64,000 nt of DNA, from positions 1-64,000 of the IMG/VR virus record IMGVR_UViG_3300024999_000034, one strand, 5' to 3'. Below the pieces are notes generated by a model, which was not told the DNA's origin, made no database searches, and was given only the letters and a program-made list of their open reading frames with translations. The translations under genes and the position numbers were made by a program. Positions 19,900 to 28,354 of this stretch are shown here, one piece after another. How positions within the stretch are numbered: position 1 is the first letter of the stretch; every line of letters begins with the position of its first letter. Source of the stretch: a virus.

Positions 19900-21390
19900 T
19901 TAACTAACTTCTTCTAAATATTTATATTTACCACTATAAAAATTATCTAGAAACTCATAAAATTGTTCTTCAGTATTACCACCATATCCGAACTCTTCAT
20001 GGAATTTGGCGTGATATCTCTCCTCTAAACAAACACCCAAAGGATATCTGTAATGAATTTCAAGACATTTATCTACTAATAATTTTATTTCTTCATCAGA
20101 GTAAAAAGAAATGTCTTCATACAACGGTAGTCCAGTTTCTTCTAAAGTATCTTTAACTATGTTATCAAAAGAGTATAGATGATGAATATCATTAAACCTC
20201 TTACCAGTAAGCAAACTAACATAATTAGAATTTTCAACACTATCTATTTTCCACTGTTTAATATTTCTTCTTAATTCTTGATATAATGCACTAATTCCAC
20301 CTTTATAATTTGGATTTAATGAACCAAATCTCTTGCTATCAAATTGAGGATTATTCTCATTTTTCCACTGATCTGTTCCTATTAACCTTTCAGAGTGAAA
20401 TTTTCCTATTTCATCATGTACTCTCTGCAAAGTTTCTTCTGTTTTACGAAATCCTAAATCATATGCCCTATGCATTATTTTATTTGTGCTTAAAAACGGA
20501 AAATATGTATTGTATAATTCTTTATTGGTCATATGTGGATAGTTTTCTTCTAAAGTTTTAATATCTTGTTCTGACCATTTATAAACATTTGAATCAAATC
20601 TAAACGATTCACCTTTGCATTCACGGCATACGTTGCGAAACCTATCAGTGCATGACTCATCTTTAGGAAAGTAATCGTACTCCATAGGTAAATATCTTTT
20701 ACATGATTTACAATATTTATGAAGTTTGTTGTCTATAATTTTATATTTTAAACTATTATAATCTTCAATATAACTTTCAATTTTTCTAATTCCTAATTTT
20801 TGTGCTATATGCAATATTGCTTTTTCTGTACGTTCTACTGATAGTAATGGAATAATATCATATAAGTTTAAATCCAAATAATTATCTTTTACAATATTAA
20901 TATCTTCATTTGACCACGATTCAGGTGCTTTATCTGGAAAGAAATTTCTATTGTTGCACTCTAAACAAGTGTTCACAAATCCGTCAAGAGATATTTTACT
21001 TACTTGAAAATAGTCTCTTGATATTAATAATTCTCTTTCACATTTTGGACATTTTTTAAATCCCTCATGACAATCTGTATCTCTACGCTTTATTTGACAT
21101 TTAATACAAACGTTTAAATAACCGTCCAATGATTTTGTAGATGTCTTAAAATTTGTAGAATTTATCTCTAAAATATTTTCACAATCCACACATTTCTTTA
21201 CTCCAGTAGTATTTATATTTCCTCTATTTTTCTCTGACGCTAACTTACTTCTGCATTTTTTACAGACAGAGTTTAAACCGTCTTTACATCCGTTATGAAC
21301 ATGAAAATATTCCTTAGTTGCAGGATACTCTTTTTTACATTTGCTACAAACTTTCATTTTGACTTCTAAATCTTGATTAATTTCTTCCAT
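19900..21390 (-). CDS. HNH-type endonuclease with four CxxC-CxxC modules and two Myb/SANT-like repeats
   Basis: CSKC..CKKC, CVDC..CIKC, CPKC..CLEC, CKSC..CREC, WSNEDINIVKDNY / WSEQDIKTLEENY, C-terminal DIHHLYSF...YHAKFHEEFG. Confidence 0.7.
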   Translation of the reverse strand: MEEINQDLEVKMKVCSKCKKEYPATKEYFHVHNGCKDGLNSVCKKCRSKLASEKNRGNINTTGVKKCVDCENILEINSTNFKTSTKSLDGYLNVCIKCQIKRRDTDCHEGFKKCPKCERELLISRDYFQVSKISLDGFVNTCLECNNRNFFPDKAPESWSNEDINIVKDNYLDLNLYDIIPLLSVERTEKAILHIAQKLGIRKIESYIEDYNSLKYKIIDNKLHKYCKSCKRYLPMEYDYFPKDESCTDRFRNVCRECKGESFRFDSNVYKWSEQDIKTLEENYPHMTNKELYNTYFPFLSTNKIMHRAYDLGFRKTEETLQRVHDEIGKFHSERLIGTDQWKNENNPQFDSKRFGSLNPNYKGGISALYQELRRNIKQWKIDSVENSNYVSLLTGKRFNDIHHLYSFDNIVKDTLEETGLPLYEDISFYSDEEIKLLVDKCLEIHYRYPLGVCLEERYHAKFHEEFGYGGNTEEQFYEFLDNFYSGKYKYLEEVS

Positions 21391-21618
21391 TCCAATTCCT
21401 TCTTTCTGTGCTTAATATTATTTCTGTGCTTATTTCTAAAAGATATAAAGGGATAGACGCACAGAAACTCAGTCATGACTCTGAATTATTATCTACCCCT
21501 TGATCCACAAACTATTTTTGTGAATAATTAAAAAGCCTGATTTCTCAAGCTTTTTATAAAACACAAAACATTATTTATAAATTATTACCACAATAAACTT
21601 TCAAATTCGAAGGATAAT

Positions 21619-21999
21619 TTAATCTTCCAAAAACTCTTTCATCTCTTCTTTTGCATCATCATATCCTTCTTCGTATCCTTCATAATTTGCCTTATCATAA
21701 ATATCTCCAAGCAATTCGAATACATGTTTAGGGCATAATTGATTCTCAAACATAAATTTAACTGCTTCTCCAAGATAAATCATTTTACGATTTTCTTGGC
21801 ACTCTGGACAAGTACAGTCTTCATCGTGAATATCTTCTAATATTTCATCCATATTTTTATTCTCTATTTCATCAGGGATTAAATCTTCTATAATTTCTGC
21901 ATATTGATCAAAACTAACCTCATCACTACCTACATAGAATTTTGTTGCTACACGCTCATTAGTTTGATCGTCAAAGTAATTTACTACTGTTGTTTGCAT
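21619..21999 (-). CDS. Acidic hypothetical protein
   Basis: 126-aa ORF with AGGCAGGA RBS, CxCxxC motif. Confidence 0.6.
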   Translation of the reverse strand: MQTTVVNYFDDQTNERVATKFYVGSDEVSFDQYAEIIEDLIPDEIENKNMDEILEDIHDEDCTCPECQENRKMIYLGEAVKFMFENQLCPKHVFELLGDIYDKANYEGYEEGYDDAKEEMKEFLED

Positions 22000-22072
22000 A
22001 AATTTATTCCTGCCTTTATAATTTTATTTTAATATTTGTATTATTATTGTTTAAAGTATATAATTAAATAAA

Positions 22073-22666
22073 CTAATTATTAACTATCTCATCAATAAAG
22101 CCCATCTCTAATGCCTTTTTACCCAACATATAAGTTTCATTACGTCTAATCTTCTTTAATTCATCTTTAGTAACTTTAGTCTTATTAAGAATCAATTCAA
22201 CAATTTTACTATCAACCTCTCCTTTATAAAATTCCATTACGTCTTCTACCTCATTTGCATTTCCTCCTACAGAATAACTCCCTTTATGTAAAAGTAGGAT
22301 AGAATTTTCAGAAGCAGTCCTATATTTACAAGAAATTGTTAAATATAAAGCAGCAGATGCGGCAACGCATAAAACTTTAGCATGAATTGGAATACGTGAA
22401 TTTTGAATTAAATTAATCATATATAGTCCAACATCAGCAGATCCACCATATGAATTAACCCATATTGTAATTGGTTTAAGTTGATCTTCAGAAATGTCTT
22501 TTTCTTCTATATTTTTAATTAAAATAGGAGTACAAATGTAATCAATTGTTGACTCATCTATCTCTCCGTTAAGATAGAGAATTCTTTGATTCCATAGTTG
22601 TTTATATAAATCATTATACAAATCATCTGATGCCATTGTTTTAAATGTTAATTTATTTTCTGACAT
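22073..22666 (-). CDS. clpP: ClpP-like serine protease
   Basis: RILYLNGEID, WVNSYGGS, AASAA (catalytic Ser), LLLH (His), ALEMGFIDEI. Confidence 0.85.
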   Translation of the reverse strand: MSENKLTFKTMASDDLYNDLYKQLWNQRILYLNGEIDESTIDYICTPILIKNIEEKDISEDQLKPITIWVNSYGGSADVGLYMINLIQNSRIPIHAKVLCVAASAALYLTISCKYRTASENSILLLHKGSYSVGGNANEVEDVMEFYKGEVDSKIVELILNKTKVTKDELKKIRRNETYMLGKKALEMGFIDEIVNN

Positions 22667-22700
22667 ATAATTATCCTCATATCCTCATTTATTTTATATT

Positions 22701-23876
22701 TTATTTAAGTTTACAGTCATAAATACAAACTACTCCATCATCACCTATGATACTAACGGTTTGACTTGGTTCACCTATAACCCTAATGCCAGTACAATAT
22801 GAATCGTTCACACAGAAACTTCCAGACATAATAGTTTTTACTTTTTGAATGGTATCTACGCTAAAATGATGGGAATGACCAAAATACACTAACTTTGGTA
22901 TTTCTCCAATCATTAGTGTTAGTTTTTCTACTATCCTACTAGGTGTGTCTTTATCACCATGAGTAAAGAAACAAGTATTACCTTTAACTTTTCCAATAGC
23001 AATTGTATTATCTAAAATAGAATCATTAAATACAATATTTTTATGATTAGACATTCTTGCTTTTAAATACCAAATAATAAAATTTTCATATCTTTCACTG
23101 TCAATAGATTCTTTTTTATCTTGAAAATTCCTAGCATGATTACCAGTTACAAAATAAATATTAATATTCTCAAAATGATGACTTAATTTATCTAAAAATT
23201 TAACCATATATTCAGAGAAATTTTGTACTTGACTTACAACATTTTCTTGATTAGAATATCTTATAATATTCATGTGGACTCCTGATATTAAATCTCCTAA
23301 AAACGCTATATGACAAGTATTTATCTTATGTGTCTTTTTAATATCTAATATTTGCATTGTATAATTTGCCAATCTCTCAATAAATACATCTGTATTATAT
23401 TTCTCAAACTCATTATCAATAGTTAATGCATAATGAGAGTCAGAAATTGGAATTATCATTTCATTATCTTCACCATATTTATGTTCAGGAACTATAAATT
23501 CAAAATCATTAAACTTTCCATTTTTGATAGATGATTCTAATAATTCTTTTAAACCATCGCTTCTAGCAGATTGTCTTATTAAGGTATTTAATTTACTTCT
23601 TTGGTCTCCAAGACGAATTCTTTCCTTCTTGAGATTTATCTCCTTAATTTCTATGTCTGATAACGCAACTTCTTCTTTACTATCAACTTTATTAAGAATA
23701 AGATTATTTATAATATCTCTAGTCTTTAAACCATCATTTACTTTTCTGTATTTCTTAAATTTACTCCTAATTGCTTCTGCGGAGCAAAACCCGTACTGCA
23801 AAGCTAATTCAGACCAACTAGTATCAATTTCTCTATTATATTTTTTGTAACAAATTTCTATTAAATTACTATCCAA
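22701..23876 (-). CDS. Calcineurin-like metallophosphoesterase with N-terminal helical domain
   Basis: ISDSH, GDLISG, GNH, THGD, GHSHH metal-binding motifs. Confidence 0.85.
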   Translation of the reverse strand: MDSNLIEICYKKYNREIDTSWSELALQYGFCSAEAIRSKFKKYRKVNDGLKTRDIINNLILNKVDSKEEVALSDIEIKEINLKKERIRLGDQRSKLNTLIRQSARSDGLKELLESSIKNGKFNDFEFIVPEHKYGEDNEMIIPISDSHYALTIDNEFEKYNTDVFIERLANYTMQILDIKKTHKINTCHIAFLGDLISGVHMNIIRYSNQENVVSQVQNFSEYMVKFLDKLSHHFENINIYFVTGNHARNFQDKKESIDSERYENFIIWYLKARMSNHKNIVFNDSILDNTIAIGKVKGNTCFFTHGDKDTPSRIVEKLTLMIGEIPKLVYFGHSHHFSVDTIQKVKTIMSGSFCVNDSYCTGIRVIGEPSQTVSIIGDDGVVCIYDCKLK

Positions 23877-23942
23877 ATTTATACCTCACGTATAAGTTTT
23901 ATTTTCAATTTTAACAATCACAAATCGACCAATGTGATTTTA

Positions 23943-24110
23943 TTATTCTTTATTTAATCTATTAATTTCTATTTCAATATCCCTTGGTTCCCAATGTCCA
24001 CATTTATTACATAAAGTAATATCTTTATAATTAATGTACTTGTGCCAGTATTGTTCAAATCCGCATTTGGGGCATATAGTATATTTTTCTTCTTTATTCA
24101 ATTGATTCAT
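23943..24110 (-). pseudogene. Small zinc-ribbon protein split by a 1-nt frameshift
   Basis: AAGGAGG RBS, MNQLNKEEKYTICPKCGFEQ...DITFM*. Deleting one T in ACTTTTATG gives ...LCNKCGHWEPRD..., completing a second CxxC (55 aa). Confidence 0.6.
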
Positions 24111-24129
24111 TTTTTAATCCTCCTTGTTA

Positions 24130-25055
24130 GAGAATATTAAATTATTAAGGGACACCTAATATGAATTTAGATGTCCCAATCGGCCTTACGCCTAGCAATT
24201 ATATGAAGACAGTTTATAAAACTTCTTCCAACTTGATAATGGCAATTTTTATCTGGGTTATCATTGCCAAACCCATTTAGTAAGTCTTTGTCTTAGGTTA
24301 ATGATAAATAAACCATTAACTGTCCCCGTAGAGGACATTATTTTTATTCTATCGTTCTCATCTGAGCAATATTATTGATATGTAAGGGGAGACGATAATT
24401 TGCCTCCCTGTTTGTTGTAATGTATGAAGGCAACCACTAAATTAATCGCAGTTACCTTATTTGAATTCTTTGTTAGAGTAGTTAACTCAATTCATAAGTC
24501 GTAATGTATGAAGGTGAATCTACCCCTATAAATTCACCTTATTTGTAATTTGGCATACTCTATATTCATCAACATCATTGCAGTATGCCATTTGTCTCTA
24601 TCACTAAGATTAAATAAAACTGTGATTAACGCCATAGAGAACAAACAATGAGTGATGAGGGGGAATTGTGCATCCATAAACCTCATACTCTTTGTCAGAG
24701 TAATGCCTGTCTTGCAAGGACTTAATAACTTATGCACGTGATTTTAGGGAAGGTTCGCAATTGCACTAGCGTTGACCTAATTTTATCAAACCCTAAAACA
24801 AGTTTTTATTGTTGCTACTTGGCTTATGCAATTTCCAAAAATCATCACCACAACAATTTATAGAGGAAAGATCTATGGCAAACCGCCTCATCTAATTATA
24901 AGCATCTAAAAATCTTTAGCGTCTTAATAAAATTTCGCCTAGCAAAAACTCTGCTTATATGTTTTTTCTTTGAGTGTTAATTATAAATTATCTGATGATA
25001 ACACTTTTTATGTTACTATGTAACAATTATTGCATAGTAATAGTTATTAATGATT
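24130..25055 (-). ncRNA. Candidate large structured non-coding RNA (or cluster of sRNAs)
   Basis: No credible ORF. At least 15 adjacent stem-loops, with G-U pairs possible only on the minus strand, a C(UACG)G tetraloop, a possible H-type pseudoknot and a duplicated hairpin unit. Confidence 0.6.
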
Positions 25056-25060
25056 ATTAA

Positions 25061-25291
25061 TTACTCGTCTTCAGATTCAAATTCTTCCTCATCCATTACA
25101 TCTTCAACTTCTTCTTCTGTAAAAGAAAACTTAACATATTTTCCTGAGAAATTTTTCAATAACTCAATTAAATTCTTAACTCCTTCATCGGGAATCGCAA
25201 TTACTGCAATCTGATCAGTAATTGTTAATTCGCCTTCAGATGCCAATTTATGTGTGATTTTCTTTGTTTCAGTAAGTTTAGATTTTGCCAT
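25061..25291 (-). CDS. YonK-like small protein
   Basis: Basic N-terminus and acidic tail, adjacent to HU as in SPbeta. Confidence 0.55.
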   Translation of the reverse strand: MAKSKLTETKKITHKLASEGELTITDQIAVIAIPDEGVKNLIELLKNFSGKYVKFSFTEEEVEDVMDEEEFESEDE

Positions 25292-25447
25292 TATTTAGTT
25301 TGCCACCTTTTAATTTTATTTATTTTAATATTAAATTGTTTTGCGCTAATTAGTATTTTATTTATTGTGCTACTTTTGCCTTATATCCAACGATATCTAT
25401 TGAATACAAGGACTTACTGTAGTAGCACAAATATTTGTTAAATTATT

Positions 25448-25726
25448 TTACGATTGCTTAATTTTGTCCTTTAAACCCTTACCTGCCTTAAATGCAGGAG
25501 CCTTTTTTGCAGGAATAGTAATTGGTTCTTGAGTTTTAGGATTTTTCCCTTGTCGTTCTGCTCTATCTTTTACTTCAAATGTGCCGAAATTAACTAATTG
25601 TACTTTCTCACCTTGAGCAAGTGTTTCTTCGATTGTATCAAATACTGCTGTTACTACCTTTTCTGCATTCTTCTTGGACATTTCACCTTTAATTGCTACT
25701 GCTGCTACTAATTCAAATTTATTCAT
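25448..25726 (-). CDS. hup: Histone-like DNA-binding protein HU
   Basis: MNKFELVAAVA...GEKVQLVNFGTFEVKDRAERQGKNPKTQEPITIPAKKAPAFKAGKGLKD. Confidence 0.97.
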   Translation of the reverse strand: MNKFELVAAVAIKGEMSKKNAEKVVTAVFDTIEETLAQGEKVQLVNFGTFEVKDRAERQGKNPKTQEPITIPAKKAPAFKAGKGLKDKIKQS

Positions 25727-25803
25727 GTTTTAATATATCCCCTTTTATTCTTTAATAGTATCTGAGTACTTTGTACCAGACCAGTGTTTTTGTTAATTAA
25801 TGT

Positions 25804-27063
25804 TTATTTTACAAATAAATTTGCAAATATCTTTGAAGTTTCACTTCTAATATCTTCATCTAAATATACACAACCAAATTTACTATTTCCTTTTAACTCG
25901 TTGCACATTGCTACTAAAGCATTATTACTAGATGAATCTACACTTGATTGTTTATAATCTCCTGCAAGAAATATTCTGGAATTTTTACCTAATCTAGTAC
26001 CTGCTAATTTCAATTGCTTTCTAGAAAAATCTTCACTCTCCTCGCAAATAATAATCGTGTCATGGTAAGTGGTTCCTTTAAGGTAAAATGGAATAGTAGA
26101 TTCTAATACTCCTCTTTGAACCAATGATTGTAGTTCGAATTCACCACCTTTTAAAGATTGTTCAATTGGTTTAAAGAACATTTTTGTCTTTTCTTCAAAT
26201 GTACCCTTTAAAAAACCAACCTCCTTACCTTCTCCAATTGCTTCTCTTACAGCTAATATTTTTCCTACATTTCCTTTATCAACTGTATGATGTAAAGCCA
26301 TTCTTACACAACTATAACTCTTGCCTGAACCCACTTCTCCATTTATGGCGACTATTGTAATTTCAGGATTATTCAAAAGATCCAATGCACATCTTTGTAA
26401 ACTATTCTTTCCTTTAATAACTTTTGAATCAGGTAAAACTAAATCTACAAATTTTTTACCATTAAATCTATATTCATTTGTCTTTTTTGCATCTGAATTG
26501 TAAATAATTAGATATTCATTGGTTACAAATTCATATTTATTTTTTCCTTTAGAAATATCATCAAATAAACCATTTATAAAATCAGTGTCACCAAATAATT
26601 CCTGATAACCTCTATAAATAGAATTTGAAGATTCTCCTCCATACTTTTCACAAGGAATGTTGAGAGATTTACATTTTGCTCTAAATAGCATATCATTACT
26701 TAAAGCAAGAAAATTATTATTCTTATCGTACAATTCCTTAAGCAAAGATATAATCTTATTATCCATGTTTTCTTTATCAAAACAAGATGGAATATTATTA
26801 TAATCTGTTTCATCAATTATATAAGTTATCTTGTCTGAATTATTGTTTATATCCCTTGTAGCTCTGCGAGCCTGAAATTTTACTTCTTCTGTTTTACCAT
26901 TCTTTTTCAGATTATCTAGTTCTCCTAAAACATATCCTGAGATACTGATATCTGAAAATTTCTCAAATATTTCTTTAGAATATTCCATTAGTATATTTGA
27001 GTCAATATAGTATGGTTTATTGGGCAATATAAACCATTCCTTTGCTTTTATTTTATTGCTCAT
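25804..27063 (-). CDS. phoH: PIN-PhoH (PhoH2/YlaK-like) RNase-ATPase
   Basis: PIN domain YYIDSNILM, VLGELDNLK, MDNKII, LSNDMLFR. PhoH domain GEVGSGKS, LKGTTYHDTIIICEESED, AGDYKQ. Confidence 0.9.
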   Translation of the reverse strand: MSNKIKAKEWFILPNKPYYIDSNILMEYSKEIFEKFSDISISGYVLGELDNLKKNGKTEEVKFQARRATRDINNNSDKITYIIDETDYNNIPSCFDKENMDNKIISLLKELYDKNNNFLALSNDMLFRAKCKSLNIPCEKYGGESSNSIYRGYQELFGDTDFINGLFDDISKGKNKYEFVTNEYLIIYNSDAKKTNEYRFNGKKFVDLVLPDSKVIKGKNSLQRCALDLLNNPEITIVAINGEVGSGKSYSCVRMALHHTVDKGNVGKILAVREAIGEGKEVGFLKGTFEEKTKMFFKPIEQSLKGGEFELQSLVQRGVLESTIPFYLKGTTYHDTIIICEESEDFSRKQLKLAGTRLGKNSRIFLAGDYKQSSVDSSSNNALVAMCNELKGNSKFGCVYLDEDIRSETSKIFANLFVK

Positions 27064-27359
27064 TATGAGACACATTCACTAAATAAATACTTCTGATTAT
27101 GTTTTACTTTATCCAAATCAAATAATTTTTTCTCTTTATCTCTAAATTCTATCAATTTAGCATAAATAGGATCAGTAACATATCTTTGTTTATGTCTACT
27201 ATTTTTACAACTATAAGTATGTTGTCTATCTGTGGTGTTTGTGCCAGTTACAATAATTTTTTTATCACCAGATACTTCTTTATAAGAACCTACTTTATTT
27301 TGTGTTAGAATTTTTAAGGATATTAAATCATCCATTTCATTTTTTGAGATTCTTTCCAA
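27063..27359 (-). CDS. Hypothetical protein
   Basis: 98-aa ORF coupled to PIN-PhoH. Confidence 0.55.
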   Translation of the reverse strand: MERISKNEMDDLISLKILTQNKVGSYKEVSGDKKIIVTGTNTTDRQHTYSCKNSRHKQRYVTDPIYAKLIEFRDKEKKLFDLDKVKHNQKYLFSECVS

Positions 27360-27529
27360 GTTGTGCTTTTGATGCTCCTTTTAGTTTGGAGTTTTGTGTT
27401 CAAATAATACATAAGTAATAGAAGTATGACCGACCACATACCTCTGAAAGTATTGATATAATTACTTTACTTATATATCATTAGTTAAGGAAAGATAATA
27501 ATCTTTGAAACCATTGCGACAGCAGAGTT

Positions 27530-28354
27530 TCAGAATTTATTCGTTTCGAACATTCTTATATTTTTCATGCGTTCTCTTGCCTTTTCTCTATCTACATCCT
27601 TTGCACAAACTTTACAATATTTATGAGTATGGTTAGACTGCTTAAATAGTTCTTCACAACCTTCGTTCTCACATTTAATAATTTTATTCTCCCCGTTATA
27701 CCAATCAAAATAATATCCAATATTATCAAAATCAGTTATAGAAAACGCAACATCACCCTCTTGTTTACAATTCTTAATATAATCCAAAAGAATAGTCCCT
27801 TTATGCACTATTGTAATCAATTCTAATTTTTCCAAAGTATTTATAACTTCATCATTTAAAAGCATTTTTACTGGTATATTTGACATCTTTTTTATGTTAT
27901 TATATTTTTTAACACCTCCTTTAAAATATGACATATTGTATTCTTCTCCATCATGTCTATATTCAAAAATCATTTTATTCAATCTTAATTGAACTAAAAA
28001 TGTAAACATTACCTTCTTATACTCCTGATTAATATCTAAAGAATTAATATAATCAAGTTCTACTTTATAAATATCAATACTAGATATTGAAATTAACTTT
28101 TGTTCTTTCTTCATTCCAGTATTTAATGCTCTGTTTATTGTTTTATAAAATTTCTCCTTTCTAAAATTAGGAATATATCTTTTGCAAAATTCATATATTT
28201 TAAATTCACGTTCTTTAGGTTTGAAATCCAACATATCTCTATAATATAAGACTAATAATCTTAATTCTGTAGCAAAATATTTTGTCAAAAACCCTTTTTC
28301 ATATATCTTTTCTGCATATGCCAATTCATTGTATTTATATTCCATTAACATCAA
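27530..28354 (-). CDS. Putative wHTH plus C-terminal Zn-finger DNA-binding protein coupled to the RNA polymerase
   Basis: Overlaps the RNAP stop, C-terminal CENEGC...YCKVC followed by a basic helix. Confidence 0.55.
   Translation of the reverse strand: MMLMEYKYNELAYAEKIYEKGFLTKYFATELRLLVLYYRDMLDFKPKEREFKIYEFCKRYIPNFRKEKFYKTINRALNTGMKKEQKLISISSIDIYKVELDYINSLDINQEYKKVMFTFLVQLRLNKMIFEYRHDGEEYNMSYFKGGVKKYNNIKKMSNIPVKMLLNDEVINTLEKLELITIVHKGTILLDYIKNCKQEGDVAFSITDFDNIGYYFDWYNGENKIIKCENEGCEELFKQSNHTHKYCKVCAKDVDREKARERMKNIRMFETNKF

Noticed and set aside
777-21000. Plus-strand ORFs in the left arm (e.g. 777-1085, 5039-5293, 7603-7959, 13778-14005) and ORFs in 45.4-47.06 kb
   Set aside because: They are antisense shadows of real genes or low-complexity skewed DNA, with no RBS and odd composition.
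24417-24549. CRISPR or TIGR array
   Set aside because: Only two conserved units, with no regular repeat-spacer period beyond them and no cas or Nop-domain gene in the window.
24534-24737. 67-aa ORF inside the structured region
   Set aside because: No RBS and no recognisable motif, and it runs across multiple hairpins.
24130-25055. tRNA cluster
   Set aside because: No cloverleaf with GTTCRA T-loop or CCA end was found by eye on either strand.
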